Part shown: piece by piece, positions 37,573 through 51,881 of the stretch | Layout: each line of letters begins with the position of its first letter | Position numbering within the stretch: the stretch's first letter is position 1 | Assembly: GCF_009914755.1 (NCBI RefSeq) | Contig: NC_060944.1 | Length of the DNA stretch: 64,000 nt | Direction: 5' to 3' (one strand) | Origin: the human T2T-CHM13v2.0 reference genome, Homo sapiens | The notes under the pieces: model-generated | Database searches by the model: none | Told to the model about the DNA's origin: nothing | The model's input: only the letters and a program-made list of their open reading frames with translations | Translations under genes and position numbers: made by a program

Positions 37573-39165
37573 TTTTTTTGGGCAGGAAAAATTCAACATA
37601 TATTTTATTCTAACTATATAAATATTATTCACAGCCAAGTCACATAGTGTACTAAGAAGAAACTTATTTTCCTATGTAACCTTTTGCTTTTCCTAGAGCT
37701 AATAATTGTTTCCTCTGTTTTCTGTTTTATTTGCTTGTTTCCTTTGAAGCTCTTAGCAATTCTTTCATCTTTAATGTCTCAATTACTCTCCATCCTCAGG
37801 CCAAGACTTAGATTTGCAAACACAGTAACAACTTTTAACTTTCTTTCAACTTTATAGGAAGCTCACTTTACACTCAGTAAGATATAATTCTTGAAAAAAA
37901 TTATTGACCAAAGAAAGCCTATTTTTTCCTCATTTGTTTTTCTCTCTCCTTCAATAGCTTTATTGGAATATTATTGACATAAAATTTTATGTACTTAAGC
38001 TGTACAATTCGATGTATTGATATATGCATGCATCGTGAAATGATCCCCGCCTTCCAGCCAATTAGTCACCTCTACTGTTGCCATTTTTGTTTTGTGTATG
38101 TGTGTGTTAAGATTTACTTTAAAATCTATCAGTTTAGCAAATTTCAAGTATGCAGTACAGTATTACTCCTATTGTCACCATGATGTACATTAAATATCCA
38201 AAACTTACTCATCTTGCATAACTGAAGCTTTGTACACTTTGGGCAACATAACCCCATTTTGCCCTCCCCCAAGTCTCTGGCAACCACCACCCTACTTTCA
38301 GCTTCTACGAGTTTATTTTAGATTCCAAATGTAAGTGAGGTCATATAGTATTTCTCTTTCTATATCTCACTTATTTCGCTTGGCATAATGTCCCTCAGTT
38401 CCATCTATGTTGTTGCAAATGGTAGGATTTCCTTCTTTTTTTCAGGTAGAATCATATTTCATTGTGTATATAAACCACATTTTCCTTATCCACTCATTTG
38501 TCAAAGAACATTTAGGTTGTTTCTATGTTATGGTTATTGTGACTGATGCTGCAATGAACTTTGGAGTGCAGATAGCTCTTTGACATACTGATTTTATTTC
38601 CTTTAGATATATACCCAGAAGTGGGATTGCTGGAACATATGGCAATTCTACTTTTAATTTTTTGAGGGATCTCCATACTGTTTTTCATAATGGCTGTACT
38701 AGTTTACATTCTCATCAACAGTGTACAAGGGTTCCTTTTTCTCCACATCCTTACTAACACTTGTTATCTTTTTGTTTTTTTTTGAAAACATATCCTAAGA
38801 GGTGTTATACGATACCTTACTGTAGTTTTGATTTGCATTTCCATGATGATTAGAGATATCCAGCACCTTTTCATATACCTGTTGGCTACTTGAATTTCTT
38901 TTTTTGAGAAACATCTATTTTGGTCCTTTGCCTGTTGTTTACTCAGGTTATTTGTTTGTTTGCTATTGAGTTGTAGGCGCTCCTTATATATATTGGACAT
39001 CAACCCCTTATCAGATATATAGTTTGTAAATATTTCCTCTAGTTCTGTAGGTTGCCTTTTCACTCTGTTGGTTGTTTCCTTTGCTGTGCAGAAGTTTTTT
39101 GGTTTGATGTTGTCCTTCTTGTCTAGTTTTGCTTTTGTTGCCTGTGCTTTAGGTGTCACATTTAA

Positions 39166-39510
<345 letters not shown>

Positions 39511-39882
39511 TTTTCCCCATTTTTTAAAAAAGGGTTTTATGGTATCAAGCTTTACACTTAAGTCTTTAATCCATTGATTTGATCTTTGTGTATAGTGTAA
39601 GATAAGGGTGCATTGTCATTCTTTTGCATGTTGATATCCAGTTTTCCCAACATTTTGGAAGAGACTATTATTTTCCCCATTGTGTGTTCTTGGAACCCTT
39701 GTTGAAGATAATTTGACCATAAATGTGTAGGTTTATTTCTGGGCTCTCTCTTCTGATTCATTAGTTGATATGTCTGCTTTATGCCAGTCCCATACTATTT
39801 CAATTACTATAGCTTTGTAATATAATTGATGTCAGGAAGTGTGATGCCTCCAGCTTTTTTCTTTCCCCTCAAGATTGCTTTG

Positions 39883-42800
39883 TGTGTTCGTCTGTTTTTG
39901 TTGCCATTAAGGAATGCCTGAGACTGGGTAATTTATAAAGAAAGAAGTTTAATTGGCTCACAGTTCTGCAGGCTGTAGAGGAAGCACAGCAGCATCTGCT
40001 CCTGGTGAAGGCCTCAGGAATCCTACAATCATGGTAGAAAGCAAAGGGGGAGCCAGGGTATCATATGGTGAGAGTGGGAGTAAGAGAGAAGGGAGCAGGG
40101 GGGCTGGAGGTGTCATACTCTTTTATTATTTTATATTTTTTTCAGCAATAATGTTGATTTACTATCACTTTATGCACCAGATCTGTGAAAACACACAACC
40201 TATGTTCTATGCTCTCCAGAAAAGGACAAGCATCATGAGGATCATATAAAACATGTACAATCAAAATACAATTTCATGATTGACTATACCATTGGAAACA
40301 CATATGACAATACCAGTTGGTGATATCACTGAGATCACTAGAGCCAGGTGAGATAATCTACATAAGTTTCTCCATAGAATTAAATTTTGAGGGCGATTTG
40401 CTGGGATTGAAGATAAACAGAAACTGAGGAAGAATTTCAGGCAATTACCTGGTCCAGCCCCCAACAAGTGCAAATAAAGACCTGGCTCTCAAGGAAAATC
40501 AATACATCAGTTCCCTCTTAGATGTCAAAATCAGAATCTCCAAATGCACTGATTTAATAAAACAGGTTTTATCAACCTAATGATCAATATGTTCTCACAT
40601 ATTCGTAAAATCGCCTTTAAGTCCTTTTTAACTTTTGTGGTACTCTGAAGATGTGAGAAGCTAATTAGTATCATTTTCATAAAATCTAATACATAAGATA
40701 GGAGGCTTATATAGTGAGTGACAGTCAGTGTTGTGTCACCTAATGGCCAAAAATAACCCAAATCATTGAACCTTTTATCACATATCCTGTTTTGATCCTG
40801 ATAATCATTTTTAAAAATTGAAATCAGCTTTATTTAAGAATTTCCAGCATTGACAACTCTTATAAAAAGCATCCAAGCACAGGGCACAGAACTGTAGCAA
40901 ACAGCATTCTTACGGGTAGCTAACAGACATTAGAACTTCCACCCTTCTTTGAGACACCTGAACTCACTGTGAACTCTGCTTCCAAGTACTCCTTCAAAGC
41001 ATACCACAAGCTCAGTTTATATTCTCAACTCATCAGCTTCAGTTCACATTACCACACTTATGTATCAGTAACAGAAGAGAACACACACCATACAGCATTC
41101 ACAGCAGTTGACAAAAGGGTAGGAAAATACAAGTATCGTTTCACTTAACACATTCAACTAATGTAGGTTGCCTAAGAACAAAGCTCACTGAAAGTCTTCC
41201 AACACATGTGGATGTCCTTTGAATACAAAAGACATTCATACATTGTTTATTATTGTTGTCTGTATACTCTCTCACCAAAATTACAGGATTGAGAGACACA
41301 TCTCAACAAGTTAAAAAATATTCATGATGCACCATCAACTCTCTACCTGCACTCTCTCCTTCTCTCACTCATACTAGCCTTCCATGCCTTGGCAGCACCA
41401 CCAATTCCACACAAAGTTTCAAAAGTTCAGACAGCCTCTGGTTCCATATCACAGCCTTGTGTTCATGACGTTGATAAGACTCCATGAAATAAAGCATAGT
41501 GAATCAAAATGGGAACACCCACTGTCAAAGATGCAGCCTGTGAAGTGTGATGACGAATTCTTGAATGAGAAAGCATGTAGACAGAAGTATTTCTATGGCA
41601 GGATATTTACAGCGCTACTTTCAATGAAGTGCTTCTGTAAACATTTGAAATGAGATGCACTGCAGAGATTAAATGAAGGCTTCATATCGTACTTTTCTAT
41701 ATCAGGTGGGTGGAGTGACAAGTGTTAAAAAACAAAACAAAAGAATCAAACACTGTGACACCATGATCTCCCAAAAGGAGATTTTATTAAGGAAAAAAAA
41801 TCATATGGTGGGGTTCAAATGAAGACAAGGAGAAAAGAATGTAGTTCTCATCAATGTTTTCCATTTTGAGCACGCAAAGAGTTCACTTGAGAAGTCCAGG
41901 GATAAAATATTACAGATATCAATTGTAATGTGTTGATTTTCCAACAGACAAACAGCCATTTGCTTTTAACCACTCAATATTTCAACTCTTTATTTATTCA
42001 ACTCTTTGTGTAACTCAACTCTTAATGTATTCAACTCTTCATGTAACTCTACGTCACAAAACTTATACAATTCCTTTATCTCTTCCTCTTTTTCTAAAGA
42101 AAAATGTCAAAAATACTGCTGAATATACTCCACACTGAACAAACCAATTTTGAAAAGTTTTGTATCTTACCATGTACATTCCGTACCAACAAACCATAAC
42201 CCAAAGTCTACATTTCCCAGCCAGAAGATTGAGAATCCATGCTTGAGCCAGAGCCTCCATTAAAACCATTGCCTGATGCTGATTCCCAACCAATTGCTGC
42301 ACCAGAATTAGAACCACTGTAAGAGTTATTTCTAGAACCAAAGACCTGGTTTGGCTCCCTTTGCATGTTGCCTTGACTTTGGTTATTACCTGATGGGCCT
42401 GACTGGTTCTGCTGGCTGGCTAACATGCTCATCCTACCCCAACTGCTCTGCAGCGCTGCCTGGGCTGCAGCCATCATGGCTGGATTAATGCTGAGCACAC
42501 CAAAATTCATCTACCACCTATATTGGTACCTCGATTGTTTTCCAAGCCAGATCCACCCCTCTACTGTTACCAAATCCACTCAGATTCCCAAATCTTCCAC
42601 TTCTTTCTATCTATTGCTGTCGTGTGATTAGGTTTGGCACTGGATATATGCATGCTGAGTCCTTTAATGATCAAGTCCTCTCCACAAAGAGATTGGGCAA
42701 TCTGATCAACTGCAAATGTAACAAAGGCAAAGGCCCTGAATGGCTTGGGGATGAAGACATCCACCACTTCTTTGTACTGACAGAAAAACTGCCATAGCTC

Positions 42801-44253
42801 ATCTGCAGTCATGTCCTCTGTACAGCGCCCCACAAACACTTCTCTGCTTCTCAAAGGCTCATCTGGGCTTTGCTTAGAGTTGGGAAATTTACAGTCATAC
42901 CATCATCCATCTATCATATGTCACTGTGACATTACTTTCACGTGTCTTTCATACTCCATAAAATGAACAAAGCCAAACCCTTTTGACCAGTTTTAATATC
43001 TATCTTGACTTGGACTTCTCCAGAGGTACTAAAATATTCTTTCAGATCCTGTTTCCATAGGAGGAAAAACAAACTGAGAGCAAAAACTCACTAATTACCA
43101 ACGCTATTAAATAAGATATTTTCTGGACTGCTCTTCACTTTCACTGCCATCTCACCCATTTTTCTTTTGTTATCTTTGGGACAGTTGACAACATATACCA
43201 GATTTCCACAGTCAGCATCAGGGCATGCAGAATTCCTTCTACCAGCTGGATACCTCTCATACACTGAGACACTGGATTCTTGTAGTGAAGTCCACATGCC
43301 CCTGGAAACTGGGCTGTAACTGTGGACAGCAGCACCACCCCATTGTCTTCTGATGATATTTCAACGAGCTCCTTATTCTCAACTTCACTTACCCTAGTGT
43401 ATTCAGACATCTTTTATTTCTCTACTTAGGCCACTGCTAGAAAGCCCAACAGGGACACTGAAGCAGTGACAGATCCAAGCACAGCTTAGTTTATTCTCCT
43501 TGATAATCATTTTTATTGTTCTTCCTGGGACTCATTCAAGACTTTCTAGAATTCATATTAACTCATGGCCAAACATGAAAATAAGTTGTAACAAGGGGGT
43601 ACGTAATGTAGAACATTTGGAAGAGCTGTCTCTTTGTTCTTGCCAGCCACGTTCCTTTGGATGTTTAGCTTGTTAGCAGTGATCATCATGGCCAATTACT
43701 TGATCTGCATCATCATCCTACATAAGCAATTGTTATGTCTTCAGTGATGACCTGAGAGGAAAATACACTCCAATGGCATGGTAAATGCCCTTTCTGCAGG
43801 AGGGACAAGTAAGAAAGACTCAGGATGCTGCAATTCAGGAGGCTGAGCTCTAACCCTTAGCCCCTAAACCCACTGTCTATGAGAAGCCATGCTGAAATTT
43901 AGACAGCAGCACATCACAGACCTGCACAGGCATTGAGCTGGCAGGGCATTGCTCAATGATGGTAGGTGCAGTGTTTACAGAAGTGTGTAATGTGAAGTGC
44001 TAGTGCACAAGGGCCCTATGGTTAAATGTGTTTGAAAAATGCTGCATACTATATCCATTGGCCACACTTTTAAACAACCAGATCTTGCACAAACTCAGAG
44101 CACAAACTCACTAATTACTGTGAGGATGGCACCAAACCATTCATGAGGGATCAGTCGTCATGACACACACATCTCCCATCAGGCCTCACCTCCAGCACTG
44201 GGGATTACATTTCAACATGAGATTTGGAGGGAACAAATGTCCAAACCATGGCA
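39883..44253 (-). mobile_element. MST (MaLR) LTR split into 39883-40124 and 44061-44253 by the TARDBP insert
   Basis: TG…CA termini; 5-bp TSD ctttg at 39878-39882 and 44254-44258; the two halves join at gccacactttt|aaacaaccagatc. Confidence 0.85.
40125..43487 (-). pseudogene. TARDBPP1: TARDBP (TDP-43) processed pseudogene; CDS remnant 43410 to 42208, 3'UTR ~2.1 kb, degenerate poly(A)
   Basis: MSEYTRV…[14 protein letters not shown] (N-terminal domain), [11 protein letters not shown]…RAFAFVTF (RRM2), [18 protein letters not shown]…SSGWEM*; intronless with frameshifts. Parent gene is clear; the P1 symbol is from recalled locus context. Confidence 0.93.
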
Positions 44254-47200
44254 CTTTGGCTATTTGGGATCCATATAAATTTAAGGATTGTTTGTTTCTA
44301 TTTCTGCCCTTGGGATTTCGATAGGGATTGCACTAAATCTGTAGATAGCTTAGGGTAATATGGACATTTTTAACAATATTAAGTCTTTTAATCAATGAAC
44401 ATGAGATATCTGTTTATTTGTGTCTTTTAAAACTTTGTCAAGGTTTTGTAATTTTCAGTATACAAGTCTTTTACCTGCTTAAGTTAATTCTTAGATATTC
44501 CATTTTGTTGCTAATGTAAATGAGATTATTTTCCTAATTTTCTTTTTAGATATTTCACTGTTGGTGTATGGAAATGCCACTAATTTTTGTATGTTGATTT
44601 TGTACCCTGCAACTTTACTGAATTTGCTTATTGGTTGTTCCAACAGTTTTTTTTTTTTTTGGTGTAGAGTGTTTAGAGTTTTCTATGTATATGATCATGT
44701 CATCTTTAAACAGAGATAATTTTATTTCTTCCTTTCTGATTTGTATGCCTTTTTATTTCATTTTCTTGCCTGATTGCTCCAGCCAGGACTTCCAATACTA
44801 TGTTGAATAGCAGTGGCAAGAGTGGGCATCCTTATCTTGCTCTGGATCTTAGAGGAAAAGCTTGTTTTCCCCAGTGATTACGACTTTAACTGTAGTTTTT
44901 TCATATATAGTTTTTATTGTGTTAAGGAAAGCTCCTCCTGTACCTATTTGGTTGAGAGTCTTTACCATGAAAAGATGTTGAATTTTGTCAAATGCGTTTT
45001 GTGCATCTATTAAGGTGATTATGTGGTTTTTGTCTTTCATTTTGTTAACATGGTGTGTCACACTGATTGATTTTCATGTTAAACCAGCTTTGCATCCCAG
45101 GAATAGATCCCACTTCATTATAGTGTGTGATCCTTTTAATGTGCTGTTAAATTCAGTTTGCTAGCAGCTTATTAAATATTTTTACATGTATATTCACCAG
45201 GGATAGTGGCCTGCAGTTTTCTTTTCTTGTATTGTTGTTGTTGTTGCTGTTGTTTTTTTCTGGCTTTGGAATCAGGGTGATGTTGTTCTTATAAAATGAG
45301 TTTGGGAGTGTTCCATCTTCTATTTTTGGAATAGTTTAAGAATGGTTAGTATTAGCTATTTTTAAAATGTTTGATAGAACTCATTTATGAAACCATCTTG
45401 ACCTGGGCTTTTCTTTGTTGGAAAGTTTTTGATGACTGATTCAATCTCCTTGCTTGTTATTGGTCTATTTGTCTTTCTAGTTCTTGATTCAGTCTTGATA
45501 GCTTGTGTGCTTTTAAGAATTAATGCATTTCTTCTAGGTTATCCAATTTGTTGGTATATAATTGTTCACAGTAGTCTCTGTGATTCTTTTTGTTTTTGTG
45601 TCATCTATTGTAATGTCTCCTTTCTAAAAAACTTCTGATTGTATTTAAGTCTTCTCTTTCTGTTTTGTATTAGGCTAGCAAAGGGTTGGATAATTTCATC
45701 TTCTCAAATAAAACCAATTCTTAATTTTATTTTTTCCTATTTTTTGCTTATTTTTGCTTCAATCTTTATTATTTCCTTCCATCTGCTAACTTTGAGTTTA
45801 GTTTGTTTTTCTACTTTTAGTTCCTTGAGTTGTAAAGTTAAGTTGTTTAATTGAGATATTTCTTCTTTTTTAAGGTAGGCACTTAACACTATAAGATTTT
45901 GTCTTAATGCTGCCTTTGCTGCATACCATACACTTTGGTAAGATGTGTTTTGTCTTCATTTTTTTCACGGTAATTTTAAAATTTCTGTTTGCTTTATTCT
46001 CTTATTCAATGGTTGTTCAAGTGTGTGGGGTTTAGTTTTCTTGTTCTTGTGTGAATTTTCTTGTTTTCTTGATATTATTGATTTCTAGTTTCATTCCACT
46101 GTGGTCTGCAAGATACTTGATATAATTAAAATCTTTTTAAATTTTTAAAGACTTGTTTTAAGACACAACGTATGGCCTATTCTGGAGAATATTCTGTGTG
46201 CCCCTGAAAATAATATGCATTCTGCTGCTATTGGGTGGAAAATTCTGTCTATGTCTATTGTCCATTTGATTCATAGTGTTACTCAAGTCAGTGGTTTCCT
46301 TATAGTTTTTCAGCCTAGATGTTCTATCCATTATTGAAAGTGGAGTATTGAAGTCTTCAATTATTATTGTATTGTTGTCAGTTTCTTCCTTCAGATATAC
46401 CAATATTTGTTTTATATATTTAGTTGCTCTGATGTTAGGTGCATATATATTTACAATTATATCTTCCTCTTGAATTGACTTTTTTAATCATTATATAATG
46501 ATCTTTGCCAATTTTTGACTTAAAATCTTTTGTCTAAGTATAGCTCTCCCTGCTTTCTTTTGGTTGCCATTTGTATAGAATATCTTTTTCTATCCCTTCA
46601 CTTTCAGGCTATGTGTGTCCTCACATTTAAAGTGAATCGTTTATAGACACTAAGTCACTGGATCATGTTTTTTAATCCACTCAGCAACTCTATGCCTTTA
46701 CATTGGAGAATTTAATCCATTTACATTTCAAGTGATTGTTGATATGTAAGAACTTACAATTTTGTTAATTGCGGTCTGTTTTGCAGTTCTTTTGTAACTT
46801 TCTCTCTTTTGTTATCTCCTTTTGTTGTCTGATTTTTTTTTTTTTTTTGTAGCAGTTTGGTTTGGTTCCTTTCTCCTTGTCTTTTTGTGTATCTATTATA
46901 GACTTTTCTTTTGTGGTTAACATGGGGCTTGTGTAATTCTTCTTGTAGTTATAAGCATCTATTTTAATTTGATAACAACTCAAGTTCAATTGCATACAAA
47001 AATTCTGCACTTTATCCCCTTCCACACATACACTTTGTGTTCTTGAAGTCAGAATTTTTATGTTATGAGTCTGTTCACAATTTTTTAAAAAATGTGCTTT
47101 TTAATCAACACAAAATTGTACATATTTATGGAATACATAGTGATATTTTAATATATGCAGTGTATAGTGATCAAATCAGGGTAATCAGCATATTCATCAC

Positions 47201-47449
47201 CTCAAACATTTATCATTTGTGTTGAGAACATTCAAAATCCTCTCTTCTAGATATTTGAAAATGTATAATAAATTATTGTTAGCTGTAGTCACCCCACAGT
47301 GCTATAAAACACTGGAACTTGTTCCTGCTATCTAGCTGCAAATTTTGTATAATCTAATAGATCCCTACCTATTCCTCTCATTCATCTCAGCCCCTAGTAA
47401 CTACTATTCTACTCTCCACTTCTATGAGATCAACATTTTTAGCTTCTAA

Positions 47450-47802
<353 letters not shown>

Positions 47803-50267
47803 TATAGTTACTCTTAATATTTTTGTCTTTTAACTGTTACGTTAGGCTTATAGGTACTTTGCATACCACCATTACAATGTTATATTATTCTGTATTTGAC
47901 TTTATTTTTACTTTTACTGGTGTAATTTATACTTTTATATGATTTCACATTGTTGTTTAGTGTGTTTTCAATTCCATTTGAAGAACTCCCTTTGGCATTT
48001 CTTTTAAGGAAGGTCTAGTGGTAACAAACCATCCAGGTTTTTTTTGGTCCTGGAAAGACTTAATGTCTCCTACATTTTTAAAAGATAGCTTTGCAGAGTA
48101 AAATATTCTATGTTGGCAATTATTTTTCCTCTTTCTTTTTGGACAAAGAAGAGGAATATACATTATTATTTCTCGATTCCTCCTCACTTAAGGATTAGGT
48201 TGTTATTTGTAGTGTGTACATGGCTCCAGAATATTTTTCTTCTTACAGAATGTTCAACATTACAGCTTGCTCCCTCTGTAATTGGAATATATAATGTTAC
48301 TGTCTTCTTGTCTGTAAGTTTTATGTCGAGAAATCTGCTAATCTTGGTATAGATCTTTTTGTATTAAACCTATTTGGAGTCCTATATACTTCTTGAGTCT
48401 GAATGTCTATTTCCTTTCCCAGATTTGTAAAGTTTTCTATTATTTCTTTAAATATACTTTCTTGCACTTTCTTTTTTGGTAACTCCTATAATATGTATAT
48501 TGGTTCACTTCACAAGATGTATATTGTTTCCATAAATCTCATAGTCTTTTTCACTCTTTTCATTGTTTCAATATTTTCTCCCCTAATTGAATAATTTCAG
48601 ATGATCTCTCTTCCAGTTCATGGATTCCTTCATCTGCTTGATCCAGTCTGCTATTGTAGCTCTCCATTGCATTTTTAGTTCAGCCATTGTATTCTTTAGC
48701 CTCCATCATTTCTAGTTTTAAAAAATGTTTTCTATTTCTTTGTTGAATTTCTCATTTTGTTATTGCCTTGTTTTCCTAATTGTTTTTTGTTAAATTTGTT
48801 TATCTATGTTCTTTCGGGCTCACGGAGCTTCTTTAGAACAATTATTTTGAATTTTTTGTTGCACAATTCATGGATTTTCCTTTCTTTGGGGTCAGGCACT
48901 GGAAGTTAATATTTTTGTTGGTGTTGTTTTCCTGATTTTTCTTGTTTCTTTTATGCTTTCATTGGTATTTGTGCATTTAAATAAATAATCACCTCTTCTA
49001 GACTTATAGACTGGCATTGGTAAGGAAAGACTTTCACTTGCAGGGGAGAGGGAGCATGGGATTCCTGGAACTGGGCATGGGAAGGCATGCTGGAGTGTGC
49101 TATGGTACACCAGATCCAGTGGTGCATGGTGTTCCAATTTGGAGGTATGCAGAAGCTCTGTGTCCAAGGGAACTTGGTGGTTGGTGTCTCAGGTAGCAGG
49201 GGTCTGTGATATGGGAAACTTTGTAGTCCTTGGCATCAAAAGCTTCAAGGGAGTCAACAGTGATTGTAAAGGCTGTTGGAGTCCTCAGTAGTGCCTCTTG
49301 TTACAGTGGCAAGCATATGTAGGAGGGTCAGGGTAGGTGGTGGCATGGGCCAGTGTTGGTGGTTGTGTGCTGGTTTTGGGGTATGGGGCCAGTGGCATGT
49401 GTATGCTCAGCTGTGGAGGCTGGCTGCAAGCACATATGTGGTGGTGGGGACTGGCAGTGGCGATTGAGGTTGGCTACATATGCACACAAGGTGGTTGCAT
49501 TGAATCTCAGGACTGGGGTGACCATGGCCACACTGGCTGGAATGGCTCCAGTGGTGGGACGTAGGGAACTGCAGCTGAGGCAGCCATGGTCTTCAATGGC
49601 AAAAACTGTACTGCCCTCATCAGCAAAAGCTGTGGGATGTCTGTGGCTGCTATGATGGCTATTGGTTTCTTTGGCAGTATTGGGACAACAGGCCACTGGG
49701 GACCGCCATGGCTTCTGTGTGTGGGTAATACTGATAGTACCACCCTTCTTTGTTTCTAGCCATCTCCAGATATCTTGGTACACTGATCTCAGAAATCTGA
49801 GTGGAGTGAAACCAAAGTAAGTTTTTTAGGAAGTACCTTGAAAGACTGGGGAAGCTGATTCCTTATCTTGCTTGTTTTTTTCTCATGAGAGAAATTCATG
49901 GGTTGAAGAGATCTCTTTTGCTACTTAGCTGTCCTTCCCTGGGGATGGGCTGATGTAGGAAAAATGAAACTGTTCTTCTTACCTTTTTTGTGTGGTTACT
50001 CAATTTTCTTTTTCTCCAGTGTGCTGCTGTAGCTTTTTAACTGCACTCTTGAACTCTCCCAGAGCTATTTTTTGTTCAGGGATACCTGCCTTAATTGTTA
50101 TTTTTTGGGGATGTTGAAGGCTAGAATCTCCTACTCCACAATCTTACTGATGTCCTCCAAAGATTTGTTATTTTAAGCTGTTAAATTTTGGGGTAATTTG
50201 ATACATAGTAATTGACAATACTATATGATTAAGTACTCTTGTCATACAGTCTGCTAATAAGGACAAT

Positions 50268-50803
50268 TTTCTTTTCCTTCCTTCCTTCCTTTCTTCCTTC
50301 CTTCCTTCCCTCCCTTTCTTTCCTTCCTTTTCTTCCTCCATGTTTCCTTCCTCCCTTTTCCTCCCTCTTTCCTTCCTTCCTTTCCTCCCTCTTTCTTTCC
50401 TTTCTCTCTTTCCTCTTCTCTTTCTTTCCTTCCTTCCTCCCTCCTTTCCCTCTTCCTTTTCTTTCCTCCCTCTTTCTTTCCTCCCTCTCTCTTTCCTCCC
50501 TTTTTTCTTTCCTTTCCTTTCTCCTTCCTTTCTCCTTCCCTCCCTCCTTCTTTCCTTTCTTTCCTCCCTCTCTCTTTCCTCCTCTTTCTCTTTCTTTCCT
50601 TCCTTCCTCCCTCTTTCCCTCCCTCCCTCTTCCTTCCTTCCTTTTCCTTCCTCTTTCTTTCCTCCCTCTTTTCCTCCCTTTCTTTCCTGCCTCTCTCTTT
50701 CCTCCCTCTCTTTCTCTTTTTTCTCTTTCCTTTCCTTTCTTTTCTCCTTCCTTCCTTCCTCCCTCCCTCTTTCTTTCCTCTCTCTTTCAACCCTCTTTCT
50801 TTT
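50268..50803. repeat. ~530-bp polypyrimidine low-complexity tract (CCTT/CTTT/CT)
   Basis: Directly visible; source of the spurious ORFs at 50239-50855. Confidence 0.95.
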
Positions 50804-51881
50804 GCTAACGACCTCTGCATACAGTGTGCAATTTGTTCAATACTTATACTTTTAATTTCTTTTTCTGTACAAGGTTGGACAGAAACTGTGATAGTAGCTC
50901 ACTTGATTTGGTTCCGATTTTAGAGGAAATGTTTCCCAGCATATCACCTTTAAGTATAATGTTTGCTGCAGATTTTGGGGAGATTCTAATCAGTGGTTGG
51001 TTCCATTTAATTTCTTTTTATTTAAGAGCTTTTATTTATTTACTTTAAAAATCATAAATAGGTCTTATACTCAAAAAGGCATTCAACAAAACTCATTGTA
51101 ATGATCATACGGGGTTCTGTTAATACCTGTTAATATAATGAGTTATAACCCACTCTATTTTAAAAGGTTAAACCATTCTTTCATATATAGTTTGGTCATG
51201 ATATATCTGTTGTGAATGAATCGTATGTATTAATCTGAACCTTGTACTTAAGATTTTTGCACTGATGTTCATAAGGGAGGCACTCCTGTAATTTTCCTTT
51301 CTTTTACTTTCCATGTCTGATTTTGGTTTCAAGTCTGTGATAATATTATAAAAATAATTAGGGATCATTTTCAGTTTTTCTATTTCCTGGATGAGTTGGT
51401 ATAATGTAGAATTAAATATTTCTTAACTGTTTGTACAACTTGCATCTAAAACCATCTGGACATGGGTTTTTATTTGTTCCCCCATAAGTACATTAAAAAA
51501 AAAAAACTGCTGATTCGGTTTCTTTACTGGTCGTAGGATTCTTCTTGTTTCTACATCTTGAGTCTGTTTTGGTAAGCTACATTTTTTCCTAGAAAATGTC
51601 TATTTTATCATAAGTTTTCAAATTTATTAGCATATAATTTTACATAATTTAGTGATTATTGTAATTTTTCTTTCCCTACAGTTTGCCACCCTTTTCACTT
51701 TTGAATTATTTTACCTAATCTGCTTTTCTTGATAAACCATTCTATTATATGTTCATTAAAATTTTTCATTAGTTTCTTCTCTTTGCTTAATTATTTCCTT
51801 CTACTTTTATTTTATTATTTTTTAAACCTTTAAAGATGGGTGCCTAGCATCTTCATTTTTAACATTTTTCTTCTTTCTAAG

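Noticed and set aside
49276-49783. Several ORFs up to 151 aa
   Set aside because: Within the decayed 5'UTR of the old L1; no coding homology recognised.
50239-50855. Three long ORFs (F/L/S/P-rich or K/E/R/G-rich)
   Set aside because: Translations of a low-complexity repeat.
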